The notes under the pieces are model-generated. The model was not told the origin of the DNA, searched no databases, and saw only the letters and a program-made list of their open reading frames with translations. A DNA stretch of 63,230 nt, counting the filler, from Globobulimina sp. (lineage: Eukaryota), in assembly GCA_003354225.1 (NCBI GenBank). It is 18 parts of 18 records of this genome, joined end to end, with 100 filler letters (N's around TTAATTAATTAA, not from the genome) between each part and the next. Parts side by side here need not be neighbours in the genome. Positions count along the whole stretch, not along the records: positions 24,646 to 28,064 come from PIVH01002845.1; positions 28,165 to 31,582 come from PIVH01002846.1; positions 31,683 to 35,099 come from PIVH01002847.1; positions 35,200 to 38,616 come from PIVH01002848.1; 14 more parts are not named here. One strand, written 5' to 3'. Positions within the stretch are counted from its first letter, which is position 1; each line of letters starts with the position of its first letter. A program made the position numbers and the translations under genes. Of the stretch, positions 24,817 to 36,176 are shown in pieces.

Positions 24817-25575
24817 TTATGGCGAGTCTTCCGCAGTCATTACTTGAATAATATTATCCATCATATCGAGATTATCATCTTTTAATTCATCTTCGCTGCC
24901 TTTATTGTCCTCATTGTCTTCATTATCATTCTCATCATTTGCTTCATCATTCACTTCATCATAAACATCAATTCTTTGTTCAATAATTTTCATTTCGTGG
25001 GAACTGATTCCATTTCGTGAGGAGATCCATAGCGTATCGGCTATATTTAAATTATTCACCATTATTATGTTCGTCTTATCATCATCCACAAATAACACAT
25101 TATTTCTATTTAATGCATATTTCGTAACTAATTCTTTTAAGCACAAACCTTTGTTTTTATGTACATCTTTTAATATTTTGGTGTCATTTCCAATAATATC
25201 TGTAAAATATTTGGATAAATCCATTATTTCGAGAGCTCTTCGTATAACTTTTGCAAATCCAAATGATATGATGGCAATATGTTTAATTTTGGTGGCCAAT
25301 AATTGGAAATGTATTTGTAATCTTTGTATACGGTCTTCTCCACCAAATATTTCAATCAATCGTTGCTCAGATATCGTATTTTCCAACGCATGCAACTGTT
25401 CATCTGCATTTATTCCATTTAATACAAAATATAAATGTATTTTTGTGATAGTCTGATCAAAATCATATGCAATTAAATCCAATCCCTCATTTAATTGAAA
25501 TTTGCTGAATTTATCCTCACTATCTTGTGTTTGCAAATATAGTGGTTGCGCACAGCAATTATTACAGCAACCCAT
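24817..25575 (-). CDS. HAD-superfamily phosphatase with MGCC acylation motif
   Basis: HAD motif I YDFDQTIT, motif II IISFG, motif III K, motif IV LFVDD. Confidence 0.85.
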   Translation of the reverse strand: MGCCNNCCAQPLYLQTQDSEDKFSKFQLNEGLDLIAYDFDQTITKIHLYFVLNGINADEQLHALENTISEQRLIEIFGGEDRIQRLQIHFQLLATKIKHIAIISFGFAKVIRRALEIMDLSKYFTDIIGNDTKILKDVHKNKGLCLKELVTKYALNRNNVLFVDDDKTNIIMVNNLNIADTLWISSRNGISSHEMKIIEQRIDVYDEVNDEANDENDNEDNEDNKGSEDELKDDNLDMMDNIIQVMTAEDSP

Positions 25576-25614
25576 GCTTCAAAATTTGTTTAGTGGATAC
25601 TTCACTAACTAATC

Positions 25615-27433
25615 ATGGGAACGTGCAACAACGCTCCGTCTCCGCACAACGCTGAAAATATAAATGCTGTCAACAATGATCAAATGCAATTGCAAGAAGC
25701 TCAAAGCAGCAGTAATCTGTCTAAACAATTAGAATCTGGCAGATACGAGAATAGCAAGCATGAATCAAGAATAACAAGCATGACAGATACAATTCAGAAG
25801 TTACAAAAACAATTAGAAACAGCAAATCGACGGACACTACAAATCAAAGTTACATTACAAAATACAAATCGACGGACACTACAAAATAAAAATAGCATTA
25901 TCCAAGCTCAATTCAATAAAATTGCTGAACTAGAAAATGAATTAAAGCGAAGCACTGCAAACAAAGAGAAGACACAAATTAATATTCCAATTCAACAAGA
26001 AACAAAAGTAAAAAAGCCCAATGCGTTGACGTTTACAATCGAATCGAAACCAGATATATTAGTCTATGGATATATTAATACAATCGGCGCTATATTGCAT
26101 GCTTTAATTATCCCAAAGGATATTATCAATTTATGCTATTTATTTTACTATCAAGACATGAATTTAATATTATTGAGTGGCAGCAAAAAGTGCACGGCCA
26201 AGCACTGGAACGAAGGACAATATATTAAGTTATATCACATTGAGAAGCAATATAAAAGATATTATATCAATATACAATCGGTTGCCGATGATGATGATCA
26301 TACAATGGATGATAGATTCGATAGATTTAACTATGGCCAATGCATATCGTCTCACATATCTTTGCCAGGTTGGAATGTGGTGAATAAATATCCACAGATT
26401 TCTGCGCAAAATAATAAAATTGGAAAATATCAAAGCATTATGCGATGTGGTGGGCAATATGCCATTGATCAAAGTATAACAAATGAGTGTGATATGATTT
26501 TATTTGATGCAGATTCGAAAACATGTGATACGTTGCATGATGATAATGTTATGAATGGATATCATATTCAATTGCCGTCATTGCCTATATCTGTGACTAA
26601 TGCATCTGTATTATATGATGATATCTCATCAACTCTGTATTGTATTGGTGGCCGTTCAAACGGAAATCAAAGGTATTATAAATTCAAAACTCAATGGTCA
26701 ATATCGGAGTGGTCCCACTTATAAAATAAAAATGTTTTCTGTAGACATTCTCCGATATTTATCATACGATTGAATTGTTTTCAGAGTTAGTTCCTGTGTT
26801 TTTGACATGAAATTAAACTCAATTGACAGCACAGAATGGCGTGCAAGTCAACAATTAAATGTTGGTAGGTACGGCTCATCGTTGTGTATGATTAGTGATT
26901 ATAATGTTATTGCAGTTATAGGTGGGAAGAGTGGTAGACGTGGATATTACGACAATTTAGGATCAATGGAATTAGTAGCAACTGCAAATAGTGATAATAA
27001 CAGTGATATTGTAGCATGCTCAGAGATGAATTATTGTCGATTTCTATGTGGTTCATGTTATAATAATGTGAATGGGAACAGAATCATTGTTGGTGGCGGG
27101 ATAGGATATGGGGCAACCACTTCTGTTGAATATTTGGATCTCAATAAAGATAAATGGATATCATTGAAATATGAAACAAATCGTCCGCACCGTACACCAT
27201 TTATAAGATATGATATTTATAATCCAAATATAATTTATATTGGCAGTGATTCTGTTGGCAATCATCCTTTTACGACATTGGGCTTTATTGAATGGATTGA
27301 TATAAGAGACCGTTCGTGTAAATTTTGGAATTACTTATTTGATAGATCTATTCAAGAGATTTTCGACTTGCATAATGATATACCAATGACTCAAACATCC
27401 GTTTGGAAATCACGCTCCTTAATGTTGAGCTAG
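25615..27433 (+). CDS. Coiled-coil plus Kelch-like beta-propeller protein; intron 26673-26784
   Basis: MGTC N-terminus, coiled coil, Kelch-like GG repeats (LYCIGG, IAVIGG, IIVGGG). A phase-2 GT-AG intron joins the two ORFs in frame (NQR|VSSCVFDMK). Confidence 0.85.
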
Positions 27434-29521
27434 CACTGAACATTACATATGTAAATATTTTGTGATAACTTTGCCACGACTTTTATATACTCATTGCTTA
27501 TGCAGCCAATCACAAATATTTGTTCTTTTGTGTCCATAATTATCGTTCTGAAATTAGTGTTTCTGAGAGTTTCAAATTCTATTCTTAGAATTCTAGTCAT
27601 CCTCTGAATTAATAGGTTATTACTAGACTCTTAGTTCGTTATTACTAATAATAAATAAATTGAATCTAAATAATAATTATAAAGAAAAGAAACACAGCGC
27701 ATTATATCATAGAGTAGTTCAACAAAAAAAGAAAAAAAACTGATAATATATGTATTGTTGGAAAGGCTTAATGCTAACTCAACACATAATTATCTTTTGT
27801 TGCAATTAAACATTAAAGAAAAATATCACTGTTCGAAGTAAAGAAAAAATGCACGTACACTAATTCACGAAAACAACAAAAAGCACGCAAACTTAAAAAG
27901 GACAAAAAAGAATATACATATAAAAATAAAACAAATTACAGGTAATAAAAGTATACAGTATACACACAATTAAAATATAACTGCCGATTCAACATTTTCG
28001 TTGATATAATAACTGCTTTCTTTGTAAATATGATTTTCTTCCAATTTGTCGCGAATAACGTTTANNNNNNNNNNNNNNNNNNNNNNNNNNNNNNNNNNNN
28101 NNNNNNNNTTAATTAATTAANNNNNNNNNNNNNNNNNNNNNNNNNNNNNNNNNNNNNNNNNNNNAGTTTCTGGTGTATTTCCTTTTCTTTTTGTCATGCT
28201 GCTGACTTTTCGAACTGAACGAAGAAATGAGAGGTGTTCGAAAAGTTTTTCAAAAAATCAGTACTAATCGGAGAGCCCTATTGAGCAGGCTATAAAAATC
28301 TAAAATTCCATGTAAATAATAAATACAATGTGTGCATATACATAATACGACACTTGCTATTCAATTTATTCATCACTACTTTCTTACATTTCACACAATA
28401 ATTTTTATTAAATTTTCATTCATTTTAATTGTTATTTGTAATTATTTTTAATACATTTTTAATTGTATCCATTAATATCGATCGATATCCGTACATATTT
28501 TTTGTTCAAATGGTAATTCGTAGATTTAATAAGCAATCAATTAAATTATTATCGTTTTTTACGTTGCTCCATGCTTCAATTTTTGATCGTTGTAACTCAA
28601 ATGTAGTACGGCAATAATTACAATAAATTTTTAAGTTTGTGGGAAAATGTTCGATAAAAAAATAACTTTACTGTTTTTTTTTTTTAGCTTCTTATTGCAT
28701 GCCATTTTGCTCTCTCAAATGTCCAGTCATCAAAATTTGCCTATAGAAAATAGAAATTAAAATATGGATTATATGGGGTAAAAAGAAAACCAAAAGAGAC
28801 AAAAAGCGAGCAGCTATGGAGGAAGCAACGTTGTTGGCCCATCTGTCGCGATCCAATACGTCCATTGGTCAGCTCCTAAAATAGGTCCAGCATTATTTAC
28901 GGCTCAGCGCTGCCTATGTTGTGGATGTAGCAGATTGCTCGCTTTTTTGTTGATTTTGTCCATTTCGGGTTATGTAGAATTTTTTGAATTAAATTCACAC
29001 TCATTTTTTGTATTTTAAATATACAGATTTAAGTGGAATTAATTTAATGGAATTAAGGTATAGCAAATAGGAAATTAAATATCCAGATATTATCAGTTCA
29101 ACTCAAATTCTATTTTATATAAATTTCACTAATTAATTGTTTGAATTTAAAATATACAGATTATAATTAATTGAATTGAAGCGGATCGGAATTGGATTTA
29201 ATTGATCAGTTTTTGTCTGTCATCTTGGTAGTTTTTGTTTGTCCTCTTCAGTTCCTAACTAAACTAAATTAAATTAAGTAGTTTTCAGTTCGGCCCGGCA
29301 GCAGTTTTTCTCATCTTTATCATGGCAACAGGTATTTTTTAAAACGTTTGCAGCGTTTAACATTTGTTTGTGTCAAGGTACACGAGAACCATTCAATTTC
29401 AATCAAACTGGCCTGGCATCGTACAAACTAGTTTGAAATTAAAGCAATATTTGCGCAAAAAAAGAAGAAGAAAAAAGAAACGCCGCCCAGAAAAGTCTTC
29501 GTCGCATTGAAAGTAAAACAG

Positions 29522-29758
29522 TTAACCAAATAAATCCCCACATTCATGCGATTTTACGTATAAAATATTATAGCCACTGCCGCCGGAAGAGTCATATCCG
29601 TTACGTTTTGCATGCATTTGTTTCAAATTTAAATATAATTCGTCTTTTGATGATTCTGATTCATTGTCCTGTTCGTACAAAGCATTTAATTGCATGAAAT
29701 CTGCACTGCCAATTAATTTTTGCACTTCTTGCCCATTATGGATTTCATTGCTATCCAT
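29522..29758 (-). CDS. Possible first exon of an unidentified gene
   Basis: 78-codon ATG-initiated ORF ending at a possible G|GTTAAC donor; head-to-head with the DnaJ gene. Confidence 0.35.
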   Translation of the reverse strand: MDSNEIHNGQEVQKLIGSADFMQLNALYEQDNESESSKDELYLNLKQMHAKRNGYDSSGGSGYNILYVKSHECGDLFG

Positions 29759-29811
29759 TCTGTTTTAATATAAAAAAAAACTCTTAGTTAAATAATAATT
29801 GAAAGTGTATC

Positions 29812-31134
29812 ATGGCGGTTGCAACAACTGCGGTTGATTCGGATGATTCCGATGATGAAGATCACTATAACTTACTCGGAGTACCGCCAACAGCGCGTCT
29901 AATTGAAATAAAAAAAGCATTCCGATTGTTACAACGCAAAGTGCATCCCGACAGTTCGAAGACAGCGGATACGCGGCATATCTCAGCGCTGTTAAACAAA
30001 GCGTACCAAATACTCTCCAATCCATTATGCAGACTCGAGTACGATTTGCACCATGGATTCAAAGAGAAAAACTTCCAAAATCTGTCCAAACTGCAGGAAT
30101 GTCGACGGCGAAAAGCACAGAAAATGCGTGAAAATATGAGTGCATCGGCCAACAGATCGCGTGACATCGAATCGAAAAACTGCGGCTTAATTATCAGCAA
30201 CGCAAAGTACGGATTTGTTGAACTTGAAAATAAACAGAAAGCCGATATAAATACCGGCTATGACTCAGAAACGGAAAGTATTGTACTCGCGAACCATATG
30301 CACAGTCTCAAGGATAATGGCGATAATACCATGGAGCACACAGTGGATGTTACGGATGCACTGCAATGTATGGTGACGCATCGTGGCCAATGTGGCGGTT
30401 ATATTGAAATCGAAGATGGCTTTGATAAGTCCCGATTGGATGGATTTTATCATCCGAATGGCACGGAAAACAACGTAGATGCACGGGAGTTGGAAGTCGA
30501 ATATATATTTAATACAAAGTATCATTACATTCGCGCCAATAATTTCGAATATGTCTGCCTTCCGAATGAAGCGCACATTGTGCACATTTGTGATGGGAAA
30601 ACTCCGTATAAATATAATGAGATATTGGTGGAATCGGAGGATGATTTTAGCGGAGATGAGGAAAATAAAATGATTTTACAATCTGCGCATTCGTTTGCTA
30701 CCTTTTCACCCAATTTTATGTGCAAATATGGTGCGATATCTGTGCCGCCGGAAACCATTCATTTGCCATCTGGAAGGACTGCGATACAGTCCAGGCCGTC
30801 GTTGGGTGGATTGAAAAAATTCAGCGAGATTAGCAAGGCGAGACAAGCGGAACATAATAAGAATAGGAATGTGAATGTTAACAGCGGCCATAATCATAAT
30901 GCAAGGTATCAAATAATCAAATGGAGCATAGCTATTTTTATTTGTGGTGCTATTGGTGGATTGGGGTATTATTATGTTGATAAATCGCAACGTGAACAGC
31001 ACCAAAAACAACAAAAAAATAGCAGTGAGGATAATAATTCAAATGTATGGCGAGAATCTCTGATTTCATATGTTCAACGATATTGGAATGGCATTGTTGT
31101 AAATAATATTGATGACAATGATAAGACTGAATAA
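29812..31134 (+). CDS. DnaJ protein with DNAJC11-type C-terminal domain (DUF3395) and C-terminal TM
   Basis: J-domain with HPD; GLIISNAKYG, DVTDALQCMV, KSRLDGFYHP, LEVEYIF match the DNAJC11 C-terminal domain; hydrophobic helix near the C-terminus. Confidence 0.85.
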   Translation: MAVATTAVDSDDSDDEDHYNLLGVPPTARLIEIKKAFRLLQRKVHPDSSKTADTRHISALLNKAYQILSNPLCRLEYDLHHGFKEKNFQNLSKLQECRRRKAQKMRENMSASANRSRDIESKNCGLIISNAKYGFVELENKQKADINTGYDSETESIVLANHMHSLKDNGDNTMEHTVDVTDALQCMVTHRGQCGGYIEIEDGFDKSRLDGFYHPNGTENNVDARELEVEYIFNTKYHYIRANNFEYVCLPNEAHIVHICDGKTPYKYNEILVESEDDFSGDEENKMILQSAHSFATFSPNFMCKYGAISVPPETIHLPSGRTAIQSRPSLGGLKKFSEISKARQAEHNKNRNVNVNSGHNHNARYQIIKWSIAIFICGAIGGLGYYYVDKSQREQHQKQQKNSSEDNNSNVWRESLISYVQRYWNGIVVNNIDDNDKTE

Positions 31135-31958
31135 TTAAAATTATATATTCGTAGTTATATCTTTTTTTTTTTATCTATTGGGGGTTTTTTTGGACCCTTT
31201 GCTTTCTTCTATTTACACGGTTTTATGATGTAGTATCATTTATTATTTCTGAACGCAATGAAACTAATATTATTTACACTTAATAACATCAAACAAGTTT
31301 GCTTCTGTTGATCTGATGTTGCAATATCTTATTTGTTGTGTATAAATTAGTCATTGTTTTAATATGATGCACAATGCTCTGTACTTTACTGTCTTCAATC
31401 ACAACAGTTTAGTATATATGAAATGGTCTCTTGTGCATTTTGTTGTTTATTTTGATTGATTACATTTACAGAGCGAAACTGCTAAAATACTGCTAAAATA
31501 CTGCCGATAAATTGAGCTAGAATGCGAGGGGGGGTGGTGTGGAGAGGAGGTGGTGTGGTGGTGTGGTGCGTGTGGTGGTGTANNNNNNNNNNNNNNNNNN
31601 NNNNNNNNNNNNNNNNNNNNNNNNNNTTAATTAATTAANNNNNNNNNNNNNNNNNNNNNNNNNNNNNNNNNNNNNNNNNNNNATGATCGTCGCGGCCACC
31701 ACGTAGGTGGCGAATACTGGATTGTCCAGCGTCATCTCTCTCCTCCGTCCAAGTTGTTTCTGCAGAATTAATCGGACTTACGCCATGATTGAATTTTGTA
31801 GTACTACTATCAAAATCTTTATCTGCAGCCTGCAAGTGCAGTGTAAATACTGTGTAATGGAAAATGAATTGATGAAATTTCTGATAAGATTTTGAATTTT
31901 TGTATGATAACAGAAATTTTGGAAAAGTTATTTAATTCCACACAAAATTATTTCAAAA

Positions 31959-33395
31959 TCACTCTGTTTGTTGAAATGACAATAATTTGATGCTATTTCC
32001 TGATGCACAAAAGGAAACAGCAGCTTTGTACTGCGTTCGTTCAATGTCAAACGCTTTTCCATAATCCGTTCCATTATGATGGAAACTTAAAGTTAATGTC
32101 TTCATATCAACAAACATATCAATAATATCACCACTTCTCATTATTGTTCCATAATCCTCCAAAATCTGTCCTGGTTTTGACGGCACTGTTTTGTTTCCTT
32201 TACCATTGTATGATACATATGCATAACCATTATTTTTTGTGTTGGTAAAAATCGTCTGAATTGGATAGGTGTCAGATGTATTTATTTTATATATTCCAAT
32301 AAATGGATTCCATGAACCTGTAACCCACGACAATATTTTAAATTTCCAGTGGTATTTTTTGGTTGAACCAATTATTGTCTTTAAAAATACACTTTGATGA
32401 TCATATGAAGTACTTTTTGTTGCTGTTTGGTCTGAATCAGTCAATGTTATGCCCGATCCAACATAATTTTGATCAAATGTTTCTGATCCAACACCATATT
32501 CTTGTTTTACATCATCGTTATTATTTGATTTATCTGTCACTAACGCATCAATAATTTGTTTCATTAATTTTATTTCTTTATTTATTGCGTTTAATTGCTG
32601 TTTTAATAACTCAATCTCTTGTTGTTTAGTGGAAGATGTTGCATTTAATTGAGCAATTTCATGATCTTTTTGCGACAATTTTTCGTTAATTTTCTTATTT
32701 TTAACGTCATCTTCATTTCGTCGTTGTGATATTGCATTGTTTAAATTGACAAATTGTGATCTTAATGATTGAAGAATGTTACTTGTTTCTTCATGTTTAT
32801 TTTCCATCTTTTTCAAGTTTGACGCAAATGTATTTATTTCATTTTTATTTCGCTCAATTCGTTTATTAATCATATCCTTTGATTCTGCTTTGCATTTTGG
32901 AATATGAGTTGTTAATAATTCATTCAATGTACCTTTCCAATGACATATATCTTTATTATTATCGTTATGTCGGTTAATTATAATATTTATTCCTTCCTTT
33001 TCCTCATTTGTATCCATTACATTTTTATCATTGTTACCATTGACTTGTTTTTGATGTTCAGCAGAATTTGGACAATGAACAATTAATTTTAAAATATATT
33101 TACGGACTGTCCTGCTTGAATGAAATGTTGTGTTTTTGTGGGATGAATTAATGGGACAAACATTATTGTTATCATTTAATATTTGCAATAAACAGTCATT
33201 ACAATAACTACTGGCTTCCTCCTCATCATCATCATGATCACATCCTAATTCGACCGCATCTCTACATACATTATTGCAACTTTTGCATAAAAACGTTGTA
33301 ATTTTTGGTTTGTCTGCAAACAATGAAGAATTCCACCCTTTGTTATTATGTTGCAACATTGAAGCATATAAATTATTGGAAGCAGGCATGGCCAT
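31959..33395 (-). CDS. RING/TRAF-type Zn finger, coiled coil and SPRY/B30.2 domain protein
   Basis: LCKSCNNVCRDAVELGC, YCNDCL, CPI, CHWKGTLNELL; long coiled coil; SPRY motifs YHWKFKI, GDIIDMFVDM, NGTDYGKAF, YKAAVS. Confidence 0.85.
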   Translation of the reverse strand: MAMPASNNLYASMLQHNNKGWNSSLFADKPKITTFLCKSCNNVCRDAVELGCDHDDDEEEASSYCNDCLLQILNDNNNVCPINSSHKNTTFHSSRTVRKYILKLIVHCPNSAEHQKQVNGNNDKNVMDTNEEKEGINIIINRHNDNNKDICHWKGTLNELLTTHIPKCKAESKDMINKRIERNKNEINTFASNLKKMENKHEETSNILQSLRSQFVNLNNAISQRRNEDDVKNKKINEKLSQKDHEIAQLNATSSTKQQEIELLKQQLNAINKEIKLMKQIIDALVTDKSNNNDDVKQEYGVGSETFDQNYVGSGITLTDSDQTATKSTSYDHQSVFLKTIIGSTKKYHWKFKILSWVTGSWNPFIGIYKINTSDTYPIQTIFTNTKNNGYAYVSYNGKGNKTVPSKPGQILEDYGTIMRSGDIIDMFVDMKTLTLSFHHNGTDYGKAFDIERTQYKAAVSFCASGNSIKLLSFQQTE

Positions 33396-33467
33396 TCAAC
33401 TGTGCAGTAATAAAAACAATTGGAGAAAACTTTCTTAAATCCATAACCAACTCGTTTCGGAAGAATC

Positions 33468-34399
33468 ATGGCGTGTTTACTTTCATCACTAGCCATTGTT
33501 TATCTTGGCCTAACTATCTCAGGTATATACACAATATATTGACCAAATTAGTTTATCCTTTATAAACGTCCAGCAAATAATTACTTTATATTACTACTAC
33601 AGCACAATCATGCGCTCGTTTCCAAGATTGGCCATTAAATGTGTGCTTCACATTTCAAAATCCAGGATTCTCAATGGATTTGCGATGCGATGAGACTAAT
33701 ACAGCATATACATTGAATACATATGCTGGTGAATTATGTGAAGGCGACTCGATTACAGCAACAGTACAGCAATGTGAGGAAGGTGTTGATTGTTTTTGTC
33801 AATCGGATACAGAATGTGATTATGCATTTTATAAAACTTATGATTATGATGGACAGGACGCATCACAATGCATTGGTGCAAAATGGGCAAACCGACCCAT
33901 TGTGTTAAACGAATGTGTTTTTGGTGAAGATAAAATAGCGAACACCAGCACGGTACAATATTACTGTGCCACGGATACATTAACAATGACTGAGTGTGAT
34001 GGTGTTGATGAGTATGATGTAGCAGGGATTTGTGAGATCGACTGTATGGTGACAGAAGCTCCAACGTTAGAACCAACGCAAGAACCAACACAAGATCCGT
34101 CAGAAAAACAAGAACCAACTCAAGAACCGACACAAGAACCAACACAGGAACCAAGTTGGTTAGAAACAACACAAGAACCCGGTGAAAAGGAAGAGGATAA
34201 TACGCAGGGCATTATTATTGGTTCAGTGATTGGTGTAATATTTGGTATTTTTATTATTATTGGCGTAATATGGCTGATTATGGATAATAAGAATCAAGGC
34301 TCGGATGAAGATAAACAAACGACTGCTTATGGCGCTGTTGCTGGAGTTGATGATACGGAGCGTGAAGATGTTGAAATGCAAGAAAGAGAAACTAGATAA
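33468..34399 (+). CDS. Type I membrane protein: signal peptide, Cys-rich ectodomain, (EPTQ)n stalk; intron 33523-33602
   Basis: Exon 1 encodes MACLLSSLAIVYLGLTIS and splices in frame (phase 1) to the 33641 ORF; PTQE repeats; TM GIIIGSVIGVIFGIFIIIGVIWLI. Confidence 0.85.
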
Positions 34400-34695
34400 T
34401 TAATAATGCAGTGCTGGAAAGTTGATGTTTTTTTTGACTCATGTAATGTAACCTTCTTTATCGAATATGATATGAGTATTATTATTATAACTTTTTATAG
34501 TCAATGAAATGTTAGTGCTTTAGTGCAAGGATGCAATGTTTTTTCAGTCTGTAAAATATGCTATATTCACATCACTAACAATAAATCTAATTTTAGCTTT
34601 CTTACCCAGTTTCGTCTCCATTCGTCAACATTTCGATATTATGTGAGCTTGATTTTAAGATTTTCTTGAAGTTAGTTTACTAACAAAAAAAAAGC

Positions 34696-35099
34696 ATGCA
34701 ACCAAAAAATTGTTCGCCAAATAACACAAGCAAACAATTTCAAAATCGTATTGCCTTTAATTCATTGTGTATTGAATTGCAATACGCGTTTATAGCAGCT
34801 TCGCAGGAATTAATAGCTGCAAATTATTTAGGTCTAAAACATGGATCATCAGATTCCTCCGTTGCTTACCATGTTCCCCCATTAATATTTGAACAATCTT
34901 CATTATTATTACGCCCCTCAACCTACAAAGAAATAATCGAAGAGAGAGCAATATTACAATTATGTGGATTGCCTACATGTGCCAATAAATTACCATCAGT
35001 GCCAAACAAAAACAAAAAACGTTACCGCCTAAATTTCAACAAAAGCCAAATATTACTGGGAGAAGACTCATATTTTTGTTGTAAAAAATGTTGTCAAAA
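34696..35099 (+). CDS. RPAP2: RPAP2/Rtr1 RNA Pol II CTD phosphatase-like; 3' partial
   Basis: YKEIIEERAILQLCGLPTC...FCCKKC matches the Rtr1/RPAP2 Zn-finger signature. Confidence 0.8.
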
Positions 35100-35199
35100 N
35101 NNNNNNNNNNNNNNNNNNNNNNNNNNNNNNNNNNNNNNNNNNNTTAATTAATTAANNNNNNNNNNNNNNNNNNNNNNNNNNNNNNNNNNNNNNNNNNNN

Positions 35200-35912
35200 T
35201 ATTGGAGACGGACTCCATTGTTTTCGATGATTTTATAGATTATGACCCTGAAAGGGCCAAAGCTTTTGAGCAATTGTTGGCGTATAACGGCCAAGACATT
35301 GAGGACGTGTATTGCAGGACTTTTGTGATAAAATATAAGAACGTGTTTGGCATTGAAAAGGAGTATGATTTGATAGGGAGCGATGGGGACAAAATGAGTA
35401 TGAATCAGAAAAATAAGAGTAAATATGTCGATTTATATATAAAATACACATTAACGCATAGCATTGAGCAGCAATTTAATGCTTTTTTGAGGGGGTTTAA
35501 GATGGTGTGTGACAGTGAGTTATTTCATAAATATTCCTCGGATGAGTTGGAATTATTGATTTGTGGCTCGACTTCGTTCGATTTTGATGCGTTAGAGTCG
35601 TCGACCAAATATGAAGATGGTTTACATAAAAACTCGAGACTTGTCCGGGATTTTTGGGCCACTGCGCATGAATTAAGTGATATTGATAAGAGGAAATTAT
35701 TGACATTTTGTACGGGTTCGGATAGGGTTCCTATTAATGGTTTGGGTGAGTTACATTTAACGATCAGTAAGAATGGCAATGACAACACCAAATTGCCGAC
35801 ATCGCACACTTGCTTTAATCATTTATTATTACCGGAATATTCAACTAAAGAAATATTAAAAACACGATTATTGACCGCTATACAAAATAGCGAAGGATTT
35901 GGTTTATTATAA
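35200..35912 (+). CDS. HECT E3 ubiquitin ligase, C-terminal part
   Basis: ELELLICG, LLTFCTGSDRVP, catalytic LPTSHTCFN, terminal EGFGL. Confidence 0.95.
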
Positions 35913-36176
35913 GTTTATCCAAATCACATACGCCTGTTTTAATTGTTATTGTATCCTTTTTATATAGCACGTACAAGCAACTCTGTATTTTTTCAAAATC
36001 TCAATCAGTTTTCTTTTTGCGTTGTTTGTTTTTATTTATTTTTAAATCTAAAAAAACATTGTTGTTTCTTTTTTGCCGATATTTAAACCAAATATTTTGT
36101 TTTTTTTCCTTGTGTTTTGCGAATACTGGAAAACTTGAAAGCTAAATACTCAGATACTATTCACTAATAAGATAAC

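Noticed and set aside
28340..28745. Minus-strand coding remnant
   Set aside because: Broken by stops and homopolymer shifts; no family recognised.
31527..31582. Telomere repeat
   Set aside because: Irregular G/T-rich low-complexity tail at a contig end with no fixed unit.
31683..31760. GC-rich contig start as a gene (similarly the odd segment 56299-56440)
   Set aside because: Too short to identify; probably further chimeric ends.
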